Position numbers and translations under genes: made by a program. Shown here one piece after another: positions 50,234-60,182 of a stretch of DNA of 64,000 nt (within the stretch, counting starts at the first letter, position 1; each line of letters starts with the position of its first letter). Where the stretch lies: NCBI RefSeq assembly GCF_011386835.1, contig NC_088802.1:42656001-42720000 (forward strand), written 5' to 3'. The notes under the pieces are model-generated. The model was not told the DNA's origin, did not search any database, and saw only the letters and a program-made list of their open reading frames with translations. Source of the stretch: Chrysemys picta bellii. Taxonomy: Eukaryota.

Positions 50234-51104
50234 GGGTATATCTTTACTACAGAAGCTACAGTGGCACAGAAGCTATGCTGCTCATAGTTAAGGCTACAAT
50301 TTAGTCATGGGTATTTTTAGTAAAAGTCATGGACAGGTCACAGGCAATAAACAAAAAGTCACGACCAGTGACCTGTCCATGCCTTTTACTAAAAATACCC
50401 CTAACTAAATCTTAGGTGCTTGGGAGGGGGCAGGGGTGCTTCAGCGGACTCTGCTGCTCCTGGTGGGGTGAGGGCAGGCCAGAGCCCACCGTTGCTTCTG
50501 GGTGAGGGGCGGCCCAGGGCCCAACCAGCGCCACTGCTCCTCCGGGCGGGGAGCAGCCCAGGGCCTCGCCACTGCTGCTGCTAGGGTGGGGGAGTGGCCC
50601 AGGGCCCACCTCCGCTATTGCTCCAGGCGGGAGCAGCCCGGGCCGCCACTGCTGTTGCTCCAGACAGAGGCGGCCCAGGGCGCCACTGCTGCTCCTGGAT
50701 TGCTGCTCTGGGGCAGTGCCTGGGACTATCTAAGCAATGCTGATGCAGCTGGCCCCGGGGCTGCCCCAGCTGCTGGGGCGGCCCTTGGGTCAGCTGCACC
50801 AGCCGCTGCAGAAGTCCCGGAAACCGCTACTACCATGACCTCCGTGAGAGACTCGCAGCCTTACTCATAGTGTAGCACCGCACTGTAGACACTTGCTACA
50901 GCAACAGAAGGGGTCTTTCTGTCAGAAATAAATTTACCCCCTCGAGAAGTGGTAGCTGGATTGACTGAAGAATTCTTCCATCGACCTAATGGTGTCTATA
51001 CCTGGGCGAATGTTGGCTTAACTGCGTCTCTCATGGGGTGTGAATTTTTCACACCCTTGATTGACATAGCCAGATCGACCTACGTTTTAGGTGTAGACCA
51101 GGCC
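50234..51104. mobile_element. PIF/Harbinger-type MITE split by the 50289-50863 hAT
   Basis: TAA|GGGTATATCT...GTGTAGACCAGGCC|TGA; same family as 26167-26438. Confidence 0.7.
50289..50863. mobile_element. hAT non-autonomous element nested in a Harbinger MITE
   Basis: TAAGGCT/AGCCTTA ends; perfect TSD CTCATAGT; internal ~40-bp inverted repeat at 50300-50409. Confidence 0.82.
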
Positions 51105-51193
51105 TGAAATTTGTCTAAGGGTCCTCAAAGGTATTTAAAAATACAGTCCACAATACATTCCAACCCTTTGGAGAATCTAGCCTGGGCAACTAA

Positions 51194-51447
51194 GGCCTGG
51201 TCTATATTAGGAAATTAGGTCAGTATAACTATGTTGCTCAGGGGTGTGAAAAATCCATTCCCTTGAGCAATGCAGTTAAAGCGACCTAACCCATGGTCTA
51301 GGAGAATTCTCCCGTTGACCTAGCCACCGCCTCTCAGGGAGATGGATTACCTGCGCTGACAGGAGAACCTCTCCTGTTGGGGTAGGTAGCATCTTCACTA
51401 AAGCACTACACAGCTGCTGCACCACTGTTTTAAGTGTAGACAAACCC
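51194..51447. mobile_element. PIF/Harbinger-type MITE (reverse orientation)
   Basis: TAA|GGCCTGGTCTATA...AGTGTAGACAAACCC. Confidence 0.7.
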
Positions 51448-53863
51448 AAAGCATGGATTGCTGCACAGATTTAAAGGACCTCACACTAAAGAACAGCTGA
51501 TCAAAGTCTGCCCCTAGGCCTTGTTAAGGACAAGAAGGCTGCAAAATCGCACTTGAGAATTATCTGCTTCAGAAATGCTCAGGGAAGCTAGAGTAAGTTT
51601 GACTGTGTGTGCTTTTTGCACTCCACTACTCAGCTCTCTCCTTCACTGCAAAACAAATCCCCACATCTGGGGAAGTGATTTTCCACTAGGTCCCAACTCT
51701 GACTTGTGCAAACTGTTGCCCAGCAGAAGGCATCATTATTAAATAGAGGGAAAGTGGGTTATACAGACAACAGTGCATGCCCTGAGCGGTAGAAACAAGC
51801 AACCAGTGCCTTTAGTATTTCCTTTAAACCTGATTTTTCAGGTACTCTATGGATAAAAATAACACTTAGCACATATGTACCACAGTACAGATTCAACGTC
51901 CTGTCACTAAACCAACTTACCGTACCCCTCTCTTTAACACTCACCTTTTCATTGCCTGGGCTCGGTTAGGGCTCTTTTCATTCTCCCCTCATTTGAACAC
52001 TCACATCCCCCTTACCCTCCTTCCATTTACCTTGTTTTTCAGGTTCTGGTGTTTATGGCCTAATTCAAATCTTCAACCTGCAAGTGAACAGGAGTTTTGA
52101 TCACTGCTCTTAGTGGCAGCAGGATTGGGCCCTAAATCCATAGATGGGGATAGATGTTAGTATTCTGATCTGAGTGCTTATTGTAAAGTGTATAACACAT
52201 CTACGCAAATGGTAAATCATTTCTGTGCAATAGAGATAATTGGGTTTGTGCATTATTGCTAAGTTGGATAGTGTTTGGAAGGAAAATAAAATCCAACACA
52301 TACTAACAGATGCCCCAATGCCATGACACTTGGATCTAGATGAAGATTAAAAACACCTCGAAGTTCAGGGGCACTTGGACCCAGGATTTCAGTTTGGCTC
52401 ATTATAAAGACAGGGATTGTTTCCAGAATTTGGATTCCAGTTCTGAGTTTGAACAATCTCATAGTTCAAGACTATTCAGACGGAGGGTTTCAATTCAGGC
52501 CCATCTCTAACATATAACTAATAAAAACAAACACATCATTGGCTATATCAAGCTACTCCCTAAGGATCAAAGTTGCTTTCATTAGCCACCTGGACCATCC
52601 ACTTGACTGTGATACACTTGTGGCAGCTGCAATAACCTGCCCATCAGTTGCTCACTTCATTTAACCACACAAACATGCTCTAATCAATTACAGGACAACA
52701 AAACAGTTCCAATTTTCCCATCTGCACTGGAAGAAAGGGGAAATGCCCATCTCATCTGAGAAGGAAGAACCCAGATGTTACTAAGAAATATGGCAGTAAC
52801 TCGAAAACAGAGAGAAGAGCAGACACATTGCACTCTCACAATATTTCTGAGGCAGGCAAAGTGTTACAGATAAGTCTAATTTTTCCTCCACATACCACTT
52901 TGGACCTGTTTCACCCTAACCAGCCCATAGCATCCCATAGGAGACACCGTGCAGCCATTCATCTGAAATTGAAACACTTGAAAATTATACATTAGTAGTT
53001 TATGTTTTCATTTACCCAGAAGAGTTGAGCAAGCTTCTTGTTTATCACTATCTATACAGTCAATTTCCCGACTCACCCATCTTGTTCTTCCTGATCCCAG
53101 TTAAGAGCTCAGCAGCTGACAAGCCACACTCAAATAGATGGTAAGGCTTTAAGTCCCCTATTTCTTGCCTGAACCCCACTGTAGTCCTTGCAAGCCTGCC
53201 CAGCTGTGAAGTCTAATACAGAGTCTGGCTGAACTATGCCTAGGCATAGCTCAGCCTAGGCATATGGAGGGAAGCTGGCATCAATAATTCAAGCTTCCGC
53301 ATGGCACCCTTGAACTTTTCAACCAACAGTGGCACCAGCTGGTTACCAGGGGCTTGGGAAAGAGGAGATGAGGGACTTCACTTGAGCCAGAGCCAGCATC
53401 AGACCTGGTGTAGCAGGTGCAGCTCCAGAGTCTGAAAGAGCAGGTCAGCTCAGAGTCGCAGGGCTACAAGCTCAGAGGTTACCAGACTGAGCGATGTTGA
53501 TGCCATCCCATGCATTGCTCTAGCTAGTGAAGGGGACGGGAGTGCCCTGGTCTCTGACTTCTGGGCCATTAGAATTCAGTTCCAGCTCAGGACCCAGGTG
53601 AACATGGGGTTTGGTGGCCTCTGACCCATTCTCTTTCCCCACATCTAGCTGAGGCCTGGCTGCAGTCCCTGCTGAGGAGGAGGACAGCAGTGCATCGGGT
53701 TTCTGATCAGGACAGGAGTGAGGTACAGCAGCAGTGATGTACCAGAGAGGCTTGCGACACATGCAGAAGCACTAAATCCTCCCCCAGTTGCTTTTCAGTT
53801 AAGCCTCACCTCACTTTCCTTGAATACAGATCTCCCAAGAGAAGAATTTCACTGCTGATCAAG

Positions 53864-54037
53864 TGTCAGAGGGTAGCCGTGTTAGTCTGGATCTGTAAAA
53901 AGCAACAGAGAGTCCTGTGGCACCTTTAAGACTAACAGATGTATTGGAGCATAAGCTTTCGTGGGTGAATGCCCCAGATGTATGCTCCAATACATCTGTT
54001 AGTCTTAAAGGTGCCACAGGACTCTCGGTTGCTTCTT
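53864..54037. mobile_element. Palindromic Penelope-like insertion, different subfamily, hammerhead truncated
   Basis: 13-bp TSD ACTGCTGATCAAG; ~53-bp inverted arms. Confidence 0.8.
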
Positions 54038-54067
54038 ACTGCTGATCAAGGATCCCTCCCAGTAGAA

Positions 54068-54372
54068 CAGGGGAGGGCAATGTTCGGCACGCGGCTCGCC
54101 AGGCTAAGCACTTTGGTGGGCTGGGTCAGTTTATTTACCTGCTGACGCAGCAGGTTCGGCCGATCGCGGCCCCCACTGGCCGCGGTTCGCCGTCCCGGGC
54201 CAATGGGGGCGGCGAAAAGCCGCGGCCAGCACATCGCTCGCCCGCGCCGCTTCTTGCCGCCCCCATTGGCCCGGGACGGCGAACCGCGTCCGCGTCAGAA
54301 GGTAAATAAACTGGCCCGGCCCGCCAGGGTGCTTATCCTGGCGAGCCGCGTGCCAAACGTTGCCGACCCCTG
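54068..54372. mobile_element. Near-fully palindromic CpG-rich hAT-Charlie-type MITE
   Basis: Long inverted arms (GGCACGCGGCTCGCCAGG); TSD CAGTAGAA/CAGTAGAG. Confidence 0.85.
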
Positions 54373-55484
54373 CAGTAGAGGGAGCCTTCAAGTGAGTAAA
54401 TCCGCTTTCCATTCCCAAACACTCAGTGTAATGTAATGAGCTTTGCTTTCCCAGATTTCCCAGGGGTGATTTTTTTTTTTGCATTGGGATGGTGCGGCCT
54501 AGACACATGCTGCATGCCATTCCTCTCTGTACACCAAGTACCAGTCAGATTGCAAACTAGCTGCCGTGCTCTTTCTGGTTAGCATGGCCAGAGCATAGGG
54601 CTTCTCTAAGGACAACACTGGCCTGGCCCTTTAAGGCAAAGTCCTAGGCTCCAGCCCTGTCCAGAAGCCTCCCTCCTGATTAGACAAGATAGCTTAGGTG
54701 GGGCTGACAGGCAAGGGAATAAGTGGCTTTAACCCCAAACGTGATTAGCACTGTTAAGATAAAATGTTGGATGCTTAACCACAGCTATTTGTGTTTTGGG
54801 TGGGGCCTGTTTTCCAATCTCCTGCCAAGAAAAGCCCCTTGCTTGCTTGCATACACTGTGGTCTTTGCTGTGTAAGAGCAAAAACTGGATGGGGAGCTGG
54901 ACAGCTTAAAAAAAACCTTACTTTTCCTAACTCCTTCTGCCACTGGATGTTACTCTCCTCATTAGCTCACAAAGAAAGGGGCTGTAGAACAACAGGTTAG
55001 TTAACTATTTCATGACCTTGTTTAATTCATTTGTTATTTATAACTAATTTCCTCCTCCTCCCCACCCTGGCCATGTATTGTTTTTTTAAAAGTACAGGAT
55101 GATCGAGTCATCTGGAGCATGGATCCTTCATTAGCTCTGCAAAACAGCCTAGGCTGCTTCTCTGAGGTTTAAAATCCTGATGTGGAATAACAGCTTCCTT
55201 TGGAAATCCAGCTGTTTAGGCTTTTTCTAACAGGGAAGCAGCTCCCATATGCCCTTTGTCAGTAACAGCTGGAGCCTAATGCCTTCCTTTGGGACTTTCC
55301 ATGGCAGTCAGACTATGTGATTAGCTTTTGCATGAGGAGCTGGGCTGTGAATGGGCTTGCTTAGAAAGTTATTCTCTTATCAAAGGCTTTGCTGTGTCCT
55401 GAGCAATTTAAATTTAGTCAGTGACTTTGTTGCCCAAGTTTAACCCTTACATGGTGTTCCCCCTCCCCCCCCCCAATGTTCCTT

Positions 55485-55576
55485 TCACTCTATGCATCTG
55501 AAGAAGTGAGGTTTCTACCCACGAAAGCTTATGCCCAAATAAATCTGTTAGTCTTTAAGGTGCCACCAGACTCCTT
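55485..55576 (+). mobile_element. Penelope-like terminal fragment with a hammerhead motif (55494-55534)
   Basis: GCAT-CTGAAGA-A-GTGAG..CCCAC-GAAAGCTT-ATGC; one stem II mismatch. Confidence 0.72.
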
Positions 55577-55714
55577 GTTGTTTTTCCTGACACTGTAGTG
55601 TCTGTTCAGAAATAAAAAGGGTGTGTGTGCAAGTCTGACCAACAGCCCCATGAGCGCTGAAGGAGGGCCTACCCAAAACCAAGCAAAGCAATCCCCCTGA
55701 GCAGCTAGATGGCT

Positions 55715-55870
55715 CCAGATCACCGAGACAGAAGATCTGGGGTTAGGTCCTCGCTCTACCACTGATTTACTGTGTGTTCTTGGGCAAGTCATTTCACCTT
55801 ACTGAGCCTCTGTTTCCTGACTTCTTCAGTGAGGATGAGAACACCAGCCACCTCTGTCAAGCACTAAGGA
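55715..55870 (+). mobile_element. MIR/CORE-type SINE
   Basis: gttcttgggcaagtcatttcac..ctgagcctctgtttcc core. Confidence 0.55.
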
Positions 55871-57769
55871 AGGTTATTAGCCAGGAACCTAGTCAAATGG
55901 CCCCGCTTAGATCAGAACTTCACAGAGGGCTCTGTAACTCACCTTAGCTGCTCAGGGACTCATTCATAAGGCATTTTAACAGTGCTGCTCAGAGCCTTGG
56001 CCAGCTGCTTGATCAGCTTTGGAGCCCGCTACTGGAATCCGCTGTCCCCACACAGAACCTTTGGCTCCAAGAGCTGTGAATGACACACAGCTGTCAAGTG
56101 CAGGCAATGTTTAAAACATTTTACCCTGGTCTTAGTCTCTGTTCCCCCCCCCCCCCCCCCCTGGACTGGCAGAAGTGCCACCAAACCCAGCCAATCGGTT
56201 GTAAGTGTGAAGAACAAGGAGAAAAAACAGCAAGCTTGGTGCTGGCATATAGCCAGCTGTGCTCAGTGCAGGCCTTGCTGGGGAAGGGCAAAGAGCTTCA
56301 TGCCACTTTTAGAAGATCCCCAATTTTGGGGCCAGTTTGGCCCATGTGTATGTTAGAGCAGCCTCAGGGCTATTCTGATTTAGGGCCAGCTGCCTATGGC
56401 CCCAAGGGGACATTCCAGCAGCCAGGAATGGCCAAAGCATAGAGATGCTCCAACCAGAGGCAGACCTTTCCCACCCAATGCCTGTACGGGCTGTGTATAT
56501 GGGAGACGGGGCACCCAGGGATTCCTATACCAAGGAAGTCAGATCTTCTGGCTTTACAGACCCTGTGCACTGGGGGGGATGGCAGGAAGAGCCATATCAG
56601 AATGGAGACTCTGTGGCTCCGTAAAGTCTAGGGAGCAGTGGGAGACACCTGCAGCAGGTAGAAGGTGTGGAGGAAATATTTTAAAAGGAAGCCACATTCT
56701 GCAGGAAAATTCCAGACTCCCTACTTTCATTAGCACATGGCCTTCCAGACCATTGGACACTCTGTGCTCCAAGCTGATAAGGCCTCTCTCTCTTTCCCCT
56801 CCTCACTGCCTTTTTAAGGTATCCAAGCACCTCATCCCCAGAGGAAACCTGAGGAGGTCAGATAAAGTATTCATGACTGCAAGAGGAAACCAAAACAATT
56901 AAGCAACACACCTTTGAAAACAGACCCCCTTTAATATTTCAGGAGCGCTTTGTTGCCTAATTGTCTGTAGCTCAATGGGGCTAGGGTGATCCTGTTGCAG
57001 TGGACCTTTGGAAGCTGGCCCCCCATTGCTCCTGCCCAGAGGTTGACCAGAGGGGCAGGTGTCTGGGCTGAAGCATTCCATGGAGTTTTTGGAGGAAGAT
57101 TGTGTTACACTGAACTGCAGGGCTGTGCTTTGCTTTATTAGGGTCTTAGCTAAAAGACTCAAGTCCCCTGTGGACTACACTAGGGCCCAGCTCAGACTCT
57201 CCCACTACTAATCCCCAGAGCTCCCTGTCTGACCCTGGAAAGGGAGTAGTCTCTGTTCCCCTTTGATCATAAAAGCTCACATTTGGAGAGCTTTTGGGAA
57301 CAATGGGCTAAGGGGCAGATCTAAATCTTGTTAGAGTCAATGGAAATATTCCCATCAACTTTACGATCAGCCTGTGCATGCAAGAGGCAGTTACTTAAGT
57401 GCCTGGGATACAGACCTAGTGTGTGCCTGTACACCCAGCCTGTTCTCCCATGAGTAGTGGCCCCTCTAATCCATAGGGAGGCAGCAAAGTTCTCTATGAA
57501 TAAGAGGATCAAAATGTTCAGTTAAATTCCATAAAATAAGATTAGAATAATTATGAGCAGGGCACCTGAAAATTCCCAGGGGAGGTTAATGGGCTTGGGG
57601 ACATAAGGGCAGAAGGAACTGAAGTGTTTCTTGTCTGATTTTACAGTTCAATGAAAAATACATCATAAGACCCGTTTTATCAAGAAACTGCTGTCTATCC
57701 ACAGCATGCCCAGGTAGGATAATACTCGGCATTTAGTATATTGCAGACTTTTCCTCAAGGCCCACAGTG

Positions 57770-57925
57770 TGCTGTGTTAATACTAATTGGTCCCACACTA
57801 CTGTGAGCAAGGTAGTGTCCACATTTTCCAGAAGGAGAAACTGAGACACAGAGCATGACTGACGCAGTGGTAGAGCTGAGAATAGAATGCAGCAGCCCCT
57901 GCTCCAAGCACTAAATCATGCTGCT
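57770..57925 (-). mobile_element. MIR/CORE-type SINE
   Basis: gaaactgagacacagag reverse core. Confidence 0.5.
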
Positions 57926-58543
57926 TCCCTTGAAGCCTGTGTAGCTGCACATTCGAGGTGCATGGCAGTGAGAGACCTTATTATAGCAGTGATATAGGCT
58001 GGGAGTTTAATTGAATGCCCAAACGCCTCATGGCTCCTTTGAAAGGCCCAGTCAGGAATTTTCTCCTTCAATGAAGAGAGCCATAGTAACTGGTAGAAGT
58101 TGCCTCTTCAAATATAGTGCAGCTAGCTTAAAGAGCTTACGGGTGGCGAATTCACAGCTGTGGCATGGGCTAGTGACCATTTCTATGTAAATAGCAGCCT
58201 GTGCTATTCAGTCAGGCAGAATTACTCTAGCAGGGCACATGGAGCAGCCATTGGAGGTAGCAATGACATCACAGTGCTTATGACATTGGAGGGGGCCACA
58301 CCTCTGCTTGATCCAGCTACAGATGCCAGGGCCTGGGCCAAGAGCTGCCTACTGAAGCATTTGTTCTAGAACCTGCAGTCTCCTGGCAACAGCCCAGCTA
58401 TTCCTGGGTAGCGATCTGATAGCAGAGGGAGGAGGTTCCAAAGGGATTGCCCAAAACCTCACACCCCTCCTTCTCAGAGTGATTAACTGCTCTCTTCTCA
58501 CCCTTTACCTCTCAGAGACCCCACTGCCCCGGGCACAACTGCC

Positions 58544-59482
58544 ATGCAGGTTGAGAAAGTTGGGTGCTGGAGGAGTGGGCTAGACAGGCCCAAGTCCTGC
58601 AGGGAGAAGTTCCTACAAGCTTGGAATGAAAAGCTGAAACTCCAGCCTTGCCCCATCTCCCCGCAAGTGCCAAACTGCCCGTCCCCCGGCAGCATTCCGG
58701 CCCAGGGGCAGTGGCCTGGGGCTGAGCCTGTACCTTTCTCGCTCAAGGGGGCTCTGCTGCATCCTAGCTGCCATCCTGGTGACAATGCCCTTTACTTCCT
58801 GGCAGTGGTGACTGCAGTGGACCACTCAGGCTCCACCCCTGTGTCTTTTGTGGCACCTGGGGGCTGCTCCGGGCACACACCCAGAACTCCAGCTGGAATA
58901 AGACCCTGTGACAAAGATCCAGGTCCTTTCTACAAGGAGCTGGCAAGACCCCCCTTGGCCTGGGAAGGGAACTCTGAGGAGGAACTCCTCCAGATCTGTG
59001 CTTCAGACTTGCTGCTGGGCTCCTCTCGGAGGAAGAGGCCGCGGCTGTTACCCCCCAACAGGAAGATGCACGTAGAGGTATGGAAAAGAAAACCAGCATC
59101 CCATCCTCCGGAGGAGGGCGCGAGAAGCCCGGTCCCTCTGGAGTACAGTCACCTGGTAGATGCCATGGCAATGACTGAGCCCGCCGACATTTCTGAGGTG
59201 GAATCTTTCTACCGGCAATTCACCCCCTGGCCAAGGAGACGAGGCTCCTGCAGGAGCACGAAGGCTGTTCACGCTCAGACAGACAGCGCGTTGCCTGTCA
59301 GGAAAGCAGATGAGGCTGCCCCCGAGCAGCATAGCCTCTGGGGAGCAGCAGGCAGTGGCTTTAAGCAGCACCCCAAGAGGGCCATGGCCTCCATTTCCAC
59401 CCTCATCCTGGCTGCCAAGCGGCCCAGAGACACTGCTTGGAGTGAGCACCTCCCACCCAAGAAACGGTACATCCAGTACTGA
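58544..59482 (+). CDS. Unrecognised 312-aa Pro/Ser-rich, probably nuclear protein (single coding exon)
   Basis: Longest ORF in the window after the myosin first exon and not repeat-derived. Polypyrimidine + CAG acceptor at 58515, GCCATG start, AATAAA at 59680-59685. Confidence 0.6.
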   Translation: MQVEKVGCWRSGLDRPKSCREKFLQAWNEKLKLQPCPISPQVPNCPSPGSIPAQGQWPGAEPVPFSLKGALLHPSCHPGDNALYFLAVVTAVDHSGSTPVSFVAPGGCSGHTPRTPAGIRPCDKDPGPFYKELARPPLAWEGNSEEELLQICASDLLLGSSRRKRPRLLPPNRKMHVEVWKRKPASHPPEEGARSPVPLEYSHLVDAMAMTEPADISEVESFYRQFTPWPRRRGSCRSTKAVHAQTDSALPVRKADEAAPEQHSLWGAAGSGFKQHPKRAMASISTLILAAKRPRDTAWSEHLPPKKRYIQY

Positions 59483-59679
59483 CTCCAGTGGACACATGGG
59501 GCTCTTGTTGTTCACTAGGACCGGCTGGTGTGCTCCTACGACTTCAGTGTAATGAGGAGTTCTCTCCCAGCCAGAGCCAAGTGCCCGTCAGAGCAGCAAT
59601 CCCTGCAGCAGCACCCAACTCAGGGACTCTGGCTAAGCTCCCCTTCACCTCCATTTTAAATAGACAATTGTGTTTTTAA

Positions 59680-59685
59680 AATAAA
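59680..59685 (+). promoter_or_regulatory. Polyadenylation signal for the 58544-59482 ORF
   Basis: AATAAA about 200 nt after the stop, followed by T/GT-rich sequence. Confidence 0.45.
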
Positions 59686-59928
59686 TCCCTTTTTTAGAGG
59701 TCACCTGGTGTTTGTTCACTGCAGATGGTGGGTTGAGGAAGAGGTGCTTGGGAGCTCCTTCAAGGGAAGGGTGTATCATTTACTATGTTTGCACAGTGCC
59801 TCGCCTCTAGGTGCTATTGGATTATTAATTTTAATTAATTGGGCACTCCCTGGCCACTTCTCAAAGAGGGGATGCTTTGAGCAGGAGAGAGGTGAAGCCT
59901 CTCAGGAGTGTTGTCACCTTACTGAAAG

Positions 59929-60182
59929 CAGGGGCGGCTCTGTGTATTTTGCCGCCCCAAGCACGGCAGTCAGGCGGCTTTTGGCAGCGCGCCTGCGGGA
60001 GATCCGCTGGTCCCACGGCTTCGGCATATCCACCGCCGAATTGCCGCCAAAACCGTGGGACCGGCAGACCTCCCACAGGCATGCCGCCGAAGGCTCCCTG
60101 ACTGCCACCTCCACAGCGACCGGCAGGGAGTCCTCTGCGGCTTGCAGCCCCAGGCATGCGCTGGTGCCTGGAGCCACCCCTG
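59929..60182. mobile_element. GC-rich hAT MITE (family of 49516-49932)
   Basis: TIR CAGGGGCGGCTC; perfect TSD ACTGAAAG. Confidence 0.85.

Noticed and set aside
54620-54650. HNF4-like site (GGCAAAGTCC) as the MYO15B promoter
   Set aside because: One short motif with no transcription start evidence; expected by chance
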